Under the pieces are notes generated by a model, which was given only the letters and a program-made list of their open reading frames with translations, did not search any database and was not told where the DNA came from. 64,000 nt of DNA from Malacoraja senta (Eukaryota), in assembly GCA_038087875.1 (NCBI GenBank), contig CM075988.1, forward strand, positions 20,772,001-20,836,000, given 5' to 3'. A program made the translations under genes and the position numbers. This document shows positions 36,231-48,449 of the stretch, piece after piece; position 1 is the first letter of the stretch; every line of letters begins with the position of its first letter.

Positions 36231-36784
36231 AGGGATCATGTAATCAGCCTCAATCACAGTGGATTCTGGGTGAAATGACTATCATGCCAATTAATAGTAA
36301 GATTAAACAAGAACTTACCAGTTTGAAGTTTGATCTTTATTTTATGAGGAGTAACGTTGAGGGATTACGTGAAGAAGACCCCGTCCAGCCGCACACGCGT
36401 CAATCTTCAATGCAGCGGAGTGAAAATCACAGACGATAATTACTGAAGTATGATAGTAAGATGCATAAAGACTTAGAACTACCAGCTCGATCCTTTTATG
36501 AGGGTGGGAGCGGAGGGCACGTAATCCCTCAACGTTACTCCTCATAAAATAAAGATCAAACTTCAAACTGGTAAGTTCTCGTTTAATCTTACTATGTTAC
36601 TTCGGAGTCACGTGAGTGACTACGTGAAGATTTCAAAGTTCTGTGATTTCACACCGTGGATTCAAATCCAGGTGCTCACTGCACTGATTGACTCTATTGA
36701 GTAAGCACAATCAACAATGCATAACCACAACATTAAATGTAATCAGTTAATGGTTTTATTTATTTTAACAAATTAACCCATTTA

Positions 36785-37772
36785 TCATAATGGGGGATTT
36801 AATACTGAACCCAGCACGGCATCACCAAACACCCCGGGATCTTTAATCTCCTTAAGGTAATACTTGTGAAACATCTGTTCACTTGCCCATCCTGCAGCCA
36901 TGAGGATAAGGTCTATTGGAACTTCTGAATCCCTGGCCGATGTTGATGCCGCCCTGGTGGAATGAGATTTTAATTTATCAGTATCAATACCTGAATAAAT
37001 CAACACCTGTTTCAACCGTCTTGAAATTGTCTGTGTTGACACTTTCTTATGAGGACTTTTATGACTAATACAAAATGCTAATTCTGTGCCTCTTAAGATT
37101 CTGTTTGTTTCCATGTAACATCTTACATATGTTACTACACATAGCCATGGATCCGTAGGATATGCTGAAAACTCCCTTACATCCCGTGAACCCAGGTCTA
37201 CTTTGCTTCAGTAAATCATAGACATAGAATGTAACGGCATCTGCCCCTAATTTCATTCTGTCAATTTAATTTCTGTAATGTTTAAACTCTCTGAGCTGAA
37301 ACTAATGCCATCAGCATAACCAATTTCATGGTGATTTCGGCTAATGACAGAGTTTCAATAGGATTCCAATCCCTCAGCAGCATCAGTACATCTTTTACAT
37401 TCCAGATTTCTGTATACCTAGGTCTAGGAGGATTGGAATTGAAAATTCCCTTCATAAATCTACAGACCCAAGGATGTGATCCTATTGGATTTTGTTCTGA
37501 TTCACTGCTTAATATGCAGAGAGTGCACTTCGTGCAGTATTGTTTGCACTATAACTTAATTTTAATTCGTAGTAAAGAGTTGAAAGAAACTCTAATACAT
37601 CTGAAATTTCTGCTGTGTTATATGCAATATTCTTTCCTGAACAAAACACCTCCCATTTCTTTATATAAGAAATGTACTGCTTCTGGGTACTATTCCTCCA
37701 GGCTGCTGCTATAACATCCACCGTACGGTCTGATAATCCTCTTCCAAGATATAGCCTTTTCAGAATCTGCAA
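36785..37772 (-). pseudogene. DIRS tyrosine recombinase (frameshifted)
   Basis: N-terminal AAAWRNSTQKQYISYIKKW...NTARSALS. C-terminal catalytic-type motifs SHSTRAAS, AAGW, FHKYY. Confidence 0.87.
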
Positions 37773-38389
37773 ATCAACAAACCAATACGATCATGTAAAG
37801 GATGTGGTTCATTAGTTACAGGGTTTACAAGCAGTTTCACCTGCTTTGGAATAACTATAAGGGGTTCTTTGATTATGTTTAACACCAGTGGATACCATAG
37901 CTGTGTAGGCCAATCTGGTACCACCAAAATCCCCGAGGCTGAGTCCTGTTTAATTTTCTGTATGCATCTATTGATTAAACAAAATGGAGGGAATGCATAC
38001 AGAAACATATCACCCCAATGTAGCGAGAAAGCATCTACCGCTACTGCGCCACGATCAGGTTCCCATGACACATACTTAGGCAATTGGTGGTTTAGTCTTG
38101 ATGCAAACAAATCAATCTCTGGCATTCCAAATCGTGTTACAATTTGCTTAAATATTTCCTGATGTAACATCCATTCTGTATTATTAAATTTACGTGATCT
38201 TTTGTCTGCAATTGTGTTAAATTTTCCTGGTAAATATATTGCTGACAGCCAGATTTTCCTGACAATACACCAGGTCCAAATTTCATTTGCCAATCTATCA
38301 CATAATTCTGATTTGATACCACCCAAGTGATTTATGTATGCTACAGCTGTAGTATTGTCAACCTGTACCTGAACATGCACATTTCCCAT
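37760..38389 (-). pseudogene. DIRS RNase H C-terminus + N6-adenine methyltransferase-like domain
   Basis: DNTTAVAYINHLGG...GKFNTIADKRSR, then EIDLFASRLNHQL...AVDAFSLHW...YAFPPF...ILVVPDWPTQLWY. Confidence 0.85.
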
Positions 38390-38505
38390 ATTAGTGCAAT
38401 AAGCTTTAAGGCCATAAAATGCTCCTAACAGCTCTAGGAAATTTATTCCTTAATTTTCAAGCAAAGGTACTTCATCCACATTCCACCTACCTCCACAGCT
38501 GGAAA

Positions 38506-39686
38506 TCATGTTAGTTGCGCCCATCCAAGAGCATTTACATCAGTCTGTAGAATGACAGAAGGTGTTTCTACCAGAACTTTTCTGGAAGCATTAGAGACAT
38601 TGTTAATCCACCATTCTATTTCTGTAATGGATCCAATTGTCAATTTCAGGGGCCTGTCAAAATGCCCTGTATTCATTTTTAATGCTTGTACCTTAGTCCT
38701 CTGCAATGGTCCAAACCTGACAGCTGGAAACCCAGCAATTAATTTGCGCAGCAAGCTTGCCACTTCTCTAATTGAAGGCTTGTCCTCGTTTATGAGTTTA
38801 GTGCAACCTTCAATTAACTGCAGCCTTTTCTCTTTTGGCAAGGTGATTACCATGTGTTCAGAGTTAATTGTGAACCCTAGGTAATCAATCTTCTTGCTTG
38901 GTAACAATTTTGATTTTTGTAGGTGAATAATGAAACCCATTTTTTCAAATTGTATTTGACTCTAGATACTGACAATTTTGCAGTAGTCAAAGTGTCCCCC
39001 ACAATCAGAATATCATCTAAATAAGCCATTAATACATGGCCCTCAGCTCTTAGCAGAGCTAAAATTGGTTTGAGTAATTTAGTGAATAATCTTGGTGCTG
39101 AAGTCAGGCCATTGGCCAATGCTTTAAATTGCCATAACTGACATCCATTTAAATTTCAAATATCTTTGATCATTACCATGCATTGCCACAGAATAATATG
39201 CATTTTGCAGATCTATGCTTGCCATGTAGCAATTCTTTGTGACCAGCTGAATGGTATTAGTAAATGTTCCCATTTTGAAATGTTTATATTGTACATAAAG
39301 GTTAAGATTTGTCAGATCCGAAATGATTCTACATCCACCATCCTTTTTTGTTCTAGGAAACATATTTGACACAAACTGATGGTGTTGTTCTACTGACTTT
39401 TCTATTACCCCTTTTCGCATAAAATTTTCAATTCTCCCTTGATCAACTTATTCTCTTCCTTTGAGAAAATCCGTGACCAGTTTGAATTATGCTGAATTGG
39501 AGGATCCAAACGTGGGGAGAACTCAATTTTGAATCCTACAATGCTACATAGAATAAATGAATCATTTGTTATTGATTGCCATTCTTTTAGGAAGAATCGT
39601 AACCTTCCCCTTATTTGTGAGTGTGAAACATTTGTTGTGTTTCTTACCAGACCAAGCCCCCCTACCTCGGGGTTTGCCACCGGCAA
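38506..39686 (-). pseudogene. DIRS reverse transcriptase and start of RNase H (split over several frames)
   Basis: ORF pieces with GRLRFFLKEW, KKDGGCRII, SIDLQNAY, GLTSAPRLFTK, YLDD, IDYLGFTI, LQTD. Confidence 0.88.
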
Positions 39687-42600
39687 TTGTTGTCCCCTTC
39701 TAGTAGGTACATTGTAACCTCCACGTATCCTCGGTGCAGCACGTCAATGTGTATACGAGAATGATAGGCTTGTTCCTTCTCCAGCACCAGCATTTCGCCT
39801 GTAGGGATACTGCCTTCGCACCGCTCTGCTCAGCATAGGTGACTTCATTATCATACCACTCATGGTCTTTGAATCTTCATTTAAGTCCTTTAGCTTCTTT
39901 GCTAGATTTTCTCCAAAAAGCAGATTTAGGCATTTGTATATTGGATGGTTTGCAGAGCCTGCATACTTAGGATGAATATTTGGTCTTATTGCATTTTTAC
40001 GAATACAATTTATTTCAAAGTGCGCACTACACATGAGTGCTAAGGCATTTTGTTGTGAATCCGATATAAAATCTTCATCCAATCCCACTGGCAAACGCCG
40101 TAATGCCTGACCCCAGCAATTTCAGCACTCGTTGTAATTTCAATTCTTGTGAGCATAAACCAATGCTCAAATAACCCACATCAAGTTATTCACTGCTGGA
40201 ACTGCTAGCAATTCACAATTTCCCAGGGTCTCATACTTTTTGATAGTCTCATCCATAGTTAATTCTTCGGGCTGGTGGGAGAGTAGATAATTTATAGTCC
40301 TAGCTATTTCCTCTCTCAAAGGTTCCCCTGTTACTCTGGGGACAGCAAACTTTTGTGCCAGCTCTGGAACATCTTAGCTCTGATAATGGGCTCTGGTCCT
40401 CATATAAATCATCATCTGAATCTAGATATTCATCTTTATGTTGGGTAATTTCTGGCTCCCCTGTTTCAGGTAAGTCTCTGCCAGATTCCCCCTGCGTGGG
40501 CTCTCTTGTAGGCCCACGGATGGGCAGCCCTGTTTCAGGTGCTGCTGGCGCTGGCTCAATTCTAGGCCAACGCCTCATTATTTTTTCTCTTTATATTGTC
40601 GGTGCTGGCACATTTGTCATTGCACGTTTGTGCTGCCTTTGTTCAGGCATTTCTAGTACTGGCTCTCCAATAGGCCAACACATATATTGCCTTTTTTCTG
40701 GCATTTTGGGCACTGGCTCTCCTGTAGGCCAACCACTGTAATGTTTCTGCACAGGCATTTCTGATGGCTCTCCTGTAGGCCACCCTTGTGCCTGTCCCAT
40801 CCAAGGCACCCCCTGTGCTATATCCTCCATTGGCCAACACCGACTTAAATCCTCCTGTGGGGGTTCTTTATAAATCATCTTCCCCATCAGGAGTTCTAAA
40901 GTTGCGACCCTTGCAGTGCAATATTCTTTCCTGCCTGAGGAGGGTATACCTCCGGGTCTGACTCATCCGAGTCTACAGGTCGGGCCGACTTTTGTCCAGC
41001 CTTGCGCCCCGCCGCCGGCGGTTTAACGGCACACGACTGCAATGGGAGTTAATGGCTTCGCTGCCACTGACTCCTCTGACTGACGCCCGCTACCCTTAGG
41101 ATCTGGGGTTTTACCTGCGGTGCGTCCCTGGCCACCTCTCCTTCCCCTTTCTCCATAATAAACTTGTGTGGAGCTCCACCAACAAGTCTGAACGGGAAGG
41201 AAACGCTCCTGTAAGTGAAAGTAAACCCACTTACCTTCCGACTTTTGCTTTACTTTTGCTGTACTCACCGTTCGGAGGAGCTCCTGCTCCTCCACACACG
41301 GTCATGAACACTATGCGTCTGATCGATATGACGCGTGTGCGGCTGGACGGGGTCTTCTTCGCGTAGTCACTCACGTGACTCCGAAGTAAAATTTGAAGAT
41401 TCTTGGTACATCTACAGTGCTTTGTGGTGTCTATTATTGACTGTCGCTGAAGTATACAAGATGTGGAGATCATTGCTGTTTAGCGGCCCATGTGGTTTTT
41501 GTTAAATTTGAGGTAATTTCCTTAGTTTGTAGGTCTGTGGCACACTGGAGTTGATGAAATTAGTAAATGAAGAATTTAAGTAGTGAAATCTGCCAGAGAA
41601 GTGGGTCCTGAAGTACACAAACGAATCAAAGTTTTATGCGATTGTCATTGTTGATTGTGTTTGTTGTGGGTGGGGCGGGATGCAATATTGTCCAATGGGT
41701 CAGCTTTGGAGAGCTTTATTTTCTTGACTTTGCTACGAGGCTCAGTCCCATGTATGCTTCAGTGAACGACTTAGTGATGATTTGTATCTCAGCTTTTGAA
41801 CCTATGCATATACTTGTATCATTGGCATTCTGTAAATCAACAACCAAATCTGCAGTGATCTTGGTTTTGGAGTAGAGGTTGAAAGGTAAATAATTTCACT
41901 TTGTCCCATACCATAGGAATGACCATATAATGAGTCCTATAATGGCAAGGTACAGTGTTGCAGCAAGGAGAAGAATTAGTAAGATGGCACAGTCTTGCTT
42001 CATCTCAGTTCCACTGGGAATGGGTTTGTGGTGGACCTGTTGGTTAGAATCACAGCTGTATGTCATTATGGCAGAATTGGATGGTAGAAAGTATCTGAGG
42101 ACAGCTAAACATGAGGGTTCTCCATAACCCCTGCATTCTGGCAAGAATCAAAGGGTTTTTGTGCAGTTGCTTAAAGCCTTGGATGCAGGTGATTTGCTGC
42201 CTGATATTTTTCCTGGGTTTTGTGTTGCAGTGATGATCATGTCTGTTGTACCTGTCAATGGATGGAACTCGTGTTACAACTGGAGGAGGGGCATCTTGGC
42301 CACTGGGAAGTGAATCCATGCAGTGACTGTTCATGTGGAAGACTCCAGATCTCATGGGAAAGTCTTTGGAAGTTACTGCAATCAGACTTTACTCCTTTCT
42401 TGAGGTCCCTGAATTTCTCAAGCATCCTCACCTCTTCCCAGATGAATCGAGTTTGAGCAAGAGGTTTTTTCTTGACATGTTTTCAGCAGGGATTTTGTCT
42501 GCTCTAGAGGCTTTATTTTTCACTTGCCATTTAGCTTTTTACATCCTTGCTGGGGTTGGGGCACTGCAAGCATTGAGACTAATGGTGTGCTGTGTGATGG

Positions 42601-43251
42601 ATATCAGTATTGAAGATAGACCTTTAGTTGTGGATATCTGTGAAATGGTCCTTCCATCTGACACTGACTGCCTGTCCTGTAAGCTCACCTTCATTCTTGG
42701 CTCTGGATGAGGTGAATCTTTGGTGTTTGATTGGTAGATTTCCTTGTTAGCCCTGATGAATCCGTAAATGTTAAACAGCTAGTTGCCAAACCTCTTGTGC
42801 TTTTTCCAAGTCAAGGTATTTGATGGATCTCAAGCTTCAGAAGTTAGTCGAAGAATGATTTGAGTTGCATACTATTAATGCCAGGATCTCCCTGACCATT
42901 TTCATCAATCCAGTTTGTATTTTCTGGTTGTGAAGTCATGTTTCTCTACAGCTGCTGATTGTCATGGATTCTAGACACTATGAGCACACCGTGGCTCCAA
43001 AATTGCCACTATTACCATTGCAAGATTCACATTGTGAATATTTGCTTTTCTTTTTATAATTGGTAGATCTTAGTGTATTGATTTGTCATGGTCTGCTTTA
43101 GAGGGTTATTATCAAATAGGCACAGTGTAAAGTTTCAATTACAGTGTGTTGACTTTTAAACAATGACTTTTTCAATGCAGAATGAAAGCACAAGTTCATT
43201 TAAGTTATTGCCGTATTAAATGTTTAGTGTCATTTTTTTTACTCTGAACAG

Positions 43252-43336
43252 GTTCAGTAGATGAAGGAGTTACAGAAGGGCTACCAACACTTCAAGGTAC
43301 TTCCAATGCCAACAATCACCCTGATGATGATGATAG
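43252..43336 (+). CDS. ZBTB44: ZBTB44 coding exon 2 (85 nt, missed by the ORF track)
   Basis: Poly-T then aacag|GT acceptor, AG|gtaggt donor. (G)SVDEGVTEGLPTLQGTSNANNHPDDDD(R). Phase 1 to 2 fits both neighbours. Confidence 0.9.
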
Positions 43337-44334
43337 GTAGGTAGACTTTGTACATACAGTAAATGAGTTCAGAGTGACTGCAGAGCAATATGATGAGATG
43401 AAGTAGCAGTTCATGGTTTTTAAAAATACAGTTGACCATTATGGAGAAGCTCTGTCTGAAAATCAGTTTTATGACATTCATTTGGAAATGTTTTATAACT
43501 GTCATCGGCACTTGCAAGACAGAAGTCGTTGCTTGCTTCATTGCTACTGCCCCTGTGGAGATTTAATGTGGCAAATTAAAGCCATTTCCTTGCTCACTGT
43601 AATGCAACTCAAATTCCAAACCAACATGAAGTGTGACAAAAGACCTGATGTATTATCCTTATTTTAATGAATGCTGAAAATACATTTCATTGTGTATTGT
43701 ATTACTTGAGGGGTATTACATGATGACAGTACTATGGGTACATCTTGCAGTCTTTTCCAAATGCACACAATAAACTGCTTTTGAGGAATGCTGTGTTTAA
43801 CATGCTCCTTACCCTGCAGAACAGAATATTGTACCGGCTAAAGATGATAAAGCAATTCAGACATTTCTTAAGTGGAGGATAATTGCTTAGTGGTGTTCAT
43901 CTGTTGATTGCCAAATGCTTGAGATCATTAAAGTAAGACTGATATGATGGACTTATTTAAAAATAATGATTAGGTTTGGAATGGAAAAAAAAATCGCTAT
44001 ATAACTTGTGGAATGATCCAGAGTGCAACTGATGTACATTTATTAATAGTGCGAAGAAGAGGCAAAAGGGTGGACAAGAAGGTGTGGACAAAGTAGAGAA
44101 TTTATAGAAATATGGTTCTGATTTGTGAGCATGTGTGTACATCTGGGCGTTTAAACTCTAGGCAGAGATTTTAACTTCGAGTTGTACCAGTACCCAAAGT
44201 GCCAATCTAGACTGGGAGTGAAGGGCAAAGGGTTAAGTGAGATTTTGTATAGCATAGGATAACGGCAGTAACATTTTGGGTGAACTGATGTGAATAGAAG
44301 GAGACTGACTAAGAGGTACAAAGCTCTGGAATTT

Positions 44335-45343
44335 GACTAGTGGGGTACCGCAAGGTACCGCTATTGACTAGTGGGGTACCGCTGGGATCGCAGCTATTTA
44401 CAATATACATCAATCATTTAGATGAAGAGATTCAAAGTAACATTAGCAAATTTGCAGATGACACTAAGCTGAGTGGCAGTGTGAACTGTGAGGAGGATGC
44501 TATGAGAATGCAGTGTGACTTGGACAGGTTGGGAGAGTGGGCAGATGCATGGCAGATGCAGTTTAATGTGGATAAATGTGAGGTTATCCACTTTATCTAA
44601 ATGGTGTCAAGTTGGGAAAAGGGGAAGTACCATGGGATCTGGGGGTCCTTGTTCATCAGTCAATGAAAGTAAGCATGCAGGTACAACAGGCAGTGAAGAA
44701 AGCGAATGGCATGTTGGCCTTCATAACAAGAGGAGTTGAATAGAGGAGCAAAGAGGGCCTTCTGCAGTTGTACAGGGCCCTAGTGAGACTACACCTGGAC
44801 TATTGTGTGGTTTTGGTCCCCTAATTTGAGGAAGGACATTCTTGCTATTAAGGGAGTGCAGTGTAGGTTTTCAAGGTTAATTCCCGGGATGGCTGGACTG
44901 TCACATGCTGAGAGAATGGAACGGCTGGGCTTGTATTCTCTGGAATTTAGAAGGATGAGAGGTAATCTTATTGATACTAATAAGATTATTAAGGGTTTGG
45001 ACACGCTAGAGGCAGGAAACATATTCCCGATGTTGGGGGAGTCCAGAACCAGGGGCTACAGTTTAAGAATAAGGGGTAAACCATTTAGAACGGAGATGAG
45101 GAAACACTTTTTCACACAGAGTTGTGAGTCTGGAATTCTCTGCCTCAGTGGTGGAGGCCGGTTCTCTGGATACTTACAAGAGAGAGCTAGATAGGGCTCT
45201 TAAAGATAGCGGAGTCAGGGGATATGGGGAGAAGGCAGGAACGGGGCACTGATGCGTGTTCACACTGATGTGTGATCCATGATCACATTGAATGGCGGTG
45301 CTGGCTCGAAGGGCAGAATGACCCTACACCTATTGTCTATTGT
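44335..45343 (+). mobile_element. CR1 LINE 3' fragment (a second 3' end of the same subfamily lies at ~45825-46110)
   Basis: SGVP...KFADDTKL...QFNVDKCEV, with a (CTATTGT)n tail. Confidence 0.88.
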
Positions 45344-46399
45344 ATCCTGAAATAAAAGGGAAATGCTGAAAATATTAAGCATGTCAGGCATCAATTGATA
45401 GAAAAGCAGATCTAAGGTTTCAGGGTAATGACTGATCAGATGTGGTTGAACTGCTGTATGCAGATGGCACTTGTGTTCTATTTGGTAGTGCTGGTTGCAT
45501 TTTACTTGGGATTTCAGTTAACACTCGAATTGTCACTAATATGTACTGTGTAGGTAAAACATTCTAAGGATAGCTGATTTAGGCTATTACACATGTAAAG
45601 TTATGCCAAGTATGTAAAGTTTGAATATTAGTAATTAACAGCCGATTTCAGTTCGATAAAACTTGGTTCCTCATTATCCAGTTACTTTTCTCAATATAAG
45701 CTGCTTTTGGACAATGGAGAATAAACAAATTAAGTTTCAATGTATATTAAATGCTGCATTCTATAACTGATTTGATATACTTTGTAACACATATTTCACA
45801 TACACACAAATGCTAAACACTTTTAAGAATAAGGGGTAAGCCATTTAGAACGGAGACGAGGAAACACTTTTACTCACAGAGTGTTGTGAGTATGTGGAAT
45901 TCTCTGCCTCAGAGGGCGGGTGAGGCCGGTTCTCTGGATACCTTCAAGAGAGAGCTAGATAGGGCTCTTAAAAATAGCGGAGTCGGGGGATATGGGGAGT
46001 AGGCAGGAACGGGGTACTGATTGGGGATGATCAGCCATGATCACATTGAATGGCGGTGCTGGCTCGAAGGGCCGTTTTGCGTACTCCTCCACCTATTGTC
46101 TATTGTCTACTGTCACTGATGAAGTGGGACATTTTAAATACAAAAGGAAAATACTGCAAATACTCAACTGGGCATCTGCAGAAAAAGAAACACAGTTAAT
46201 GTTTCATGTGATTGACCTTGTCATGTTTTTAGTAGATTCCATTTCCGTATTGCAGAGGTTATTGATCATTGGTTAGATGGGTTGCTATATTAGCCAACTA
46301 TTGAACTCTGAAATGTTTAGTATTTTGTTAAGACAATGGTTTGTTCATTTTTCTACTGAATGGTTACACTTTTACATTAACTTTCTTTTATTTCTCTAG

Positions 46400-46563
46400 G
46401 TTAGAGAATGGGCAGTACTCCTATCAGCTATATATAAACCCTTCCACAAGTGGCACAGAAAGACCCAGTCCAAATGGCCCAAATAAGCCTTTCCAGTGCC
46501 CTACATGTGGTGCCAGGTTCACACGCATCCAGAACCTCAAACAACACATGCTTATTCACTCAG
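46400..46563 (+). CDS. ZBTB44: ZBTB44 coding exon 3 (first C2H2 zinc finger)
   Basis: tctctag|G acceptor, G|gtgagt donor. LENGQYSYQLY...PFQCPTCGARFTRIQNLKQHMLIHS. Confidence 0.95.
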
Positions 46564-48449
46564 GTGAGTGTCTATGTGCATGCATTATCTGCTTCTAAAA
46601 AAATAGTGTGATTCTTGTGACTTGTACAATTTTCTTTGTGCTGCTTAATTAAGTGCACATGTGATCAATCATACGCAAAAGCACATAAAAGAATTAGGAC
46701 TAAATTCTGACGGATACAATGTTTTGAAGAGAATTGTAAGCTAATGGTGTTTAAACTTAAGTGGTATAATTTTTTTAGAAATATTTTTGAAATGTGTAGG
46801 ATCTAGTACTGAAGATAGAGCATTCAAAGCAAGATGCTAGTGCCGAGGTAGCCAATGATTTGAGGTCTGTTCTGGCACATAAGCCATGATAGAAGAAGAT
46901 ACAACAATATGTGGTTTCCCTCAGTTGTTTTAAGTGTTATATTGATCTAGTTGTATTTGTTTGATAACTATCTTACCTTCCAGCACAGTTTATTATTCGT
47001 GAGGTGTATTTTGCTGATTTTGTTACAAAAGGAGATCCTGGAGGAAACTTTATTAGTAATTCTGAGGTTAAATAATTGTTGTGATTTATTTTTATAACTT
47101 TAATGACTAAACAGCAGAATTTGTAAAATTATATGCATCCTGTAGTTTAAAAAAAATATGATTTGGAAACTGGGGCCACTGATACCAAAACTAATGGGTG
47201 GAGTGCACTTTTTGAGTTTATTGCATATACCATGTCACATTGTCTAAGATTTTGGAGGAGACCACCTTTAAAATATTTCATATTCAATATTTCTTGCCAA
47301 GTGTTATCTTCAGACAGAACATTGTTTCACCGAGTTCAGTATATGAAGTTCAATGTATCATTCAAGTTATTAGGTAATAAACCATGTTGTCTTGGAATAT
47401 GATGGATATCGACATCCTAATGATAAAATGTAGGGTTTGGTTAACAAGCCTACCTTTGGTACACATTTTCAAAATTTTATTTAAATGTTATTTAGCTGTC
47501 ATGCTTTCAGTAGATAATGTTTGTATTCCTGACATAACGTAATAGCTGATTTTCTTGTGGAAACTATGTGGAAGAATCTTTTCTATTCATAATTATAAAT
47601 GTAATGAAATGTGATTCTTTTTAATTCTGTAGCCAAAATGGCTGTGAATCAATAACTGCAGTTTGATTAAATGTGAGCATACCCAGTAATATTGGCAGTT
47701 ATTAGTAAATTAGTTTTGTTGTCTGTTTGCAAATGTATCTGAGTGTTGAACTTTTAACTGTGATCCCAATATATTTCCAGGAAATTGTTTTTGGAAGGAA
47801 AAATAAAAGGGAATTAGTTTAATTGTAGAATTTTCACAACGTAGAATCTGGAGTGCAGTTTAGTTGAGATATTGTTATGTGTAATATGTATTCCAGCCGT
47901 TACAAAATAAATCCATATCTCATTTATTTAGTAAACTGGGTTAAGAAACATGGCAGCTGGCCTAGTTTTCTTTCCTGGATTGCAGCCAGGTGTTTGATTT
48001 CATGTTTGAGGGTAGGAATAAAGCTGGCAAAGCAAGGAAGTGTGCAAGTTTGCCTTTACTAAAAATCCATTTAGAGTCTGAAAACAATTGGTCCTAAATG
48101 CTAACAGCATTTGTTCATGTTAAATATTGATTGGGAAATTCATTTGTATATTGCATGCTTTTTTAGTGAGCGAGAAGATTGGATTTTGGAGTAAAATAGT
48201 TCATTAAATGCTACTGCCAGATTGTAATGTGCTTAGTAAATGATCCAATTTCCTACCCCATGCATAGCGCACCTACGCAACAAGTAGTGTGCATATGATA
48301 TGATGTTAATATGTTTACCCTGTAGGTCATCTGGACCAAGCTCGGATAAAAGGCTTGCTCAGCAAGACCAAACCAAGCACCTAAATTATTTAAAGGGATC
48401 ATAATTTATTTGATATAAAAAATGACACAAACTCAGTGGGCTACAAGGT

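Larger units (their letters stand above)
36293..41392 (-). mobile_element. DIRS1-type tyrosine-recombinase retrotransposon, full-length structure, ORFs frameshifted
   Basis: 37-bp ITRs (36366-36402 / 41329-41365). ICR at 36518-36630 is complementary to both termini. Minus-strand gag-like region, RT (AYLDDIL), RNase H (LQTD, DNTTAVAYIN), methyltransferase-like (DLFAS...AFPPF) and tyrosine recombinase (HSTR...GW...YY). Confidence 0.93.
34880..43000 (-). mobile_element. Old degenerate RTE-clade LINE, interrupted by Rex1 (35270-36230) and DIRS (36293-41392)
   Basis: Minus-strand remnants: KKGVKSDCSN (~42380), EIQIITKSFTEAY-MGL (~41770), LQI|NWHD across the DIRS site, SDTRLPK (~35250), KDILKTS...KW.RSIWE (~35100-35190). 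Confidence 0.65.

Noticed and set aside
36785..38389. Phage integrase/methylase suggesting a prophage or contamination
   Set aside because: Both domains are integral parts of the DIRS element, bounded by ITRs and ICR within a host intron.
48326..48385. Possible alternative terminal exon of ZBTB44 (ccctgtag|GT CAT CTG...TAA, GHLDQARIKGLLSKTKPST*)
   Set aside because: Weak polypyrimidine tract and no homology or expression evidence available.
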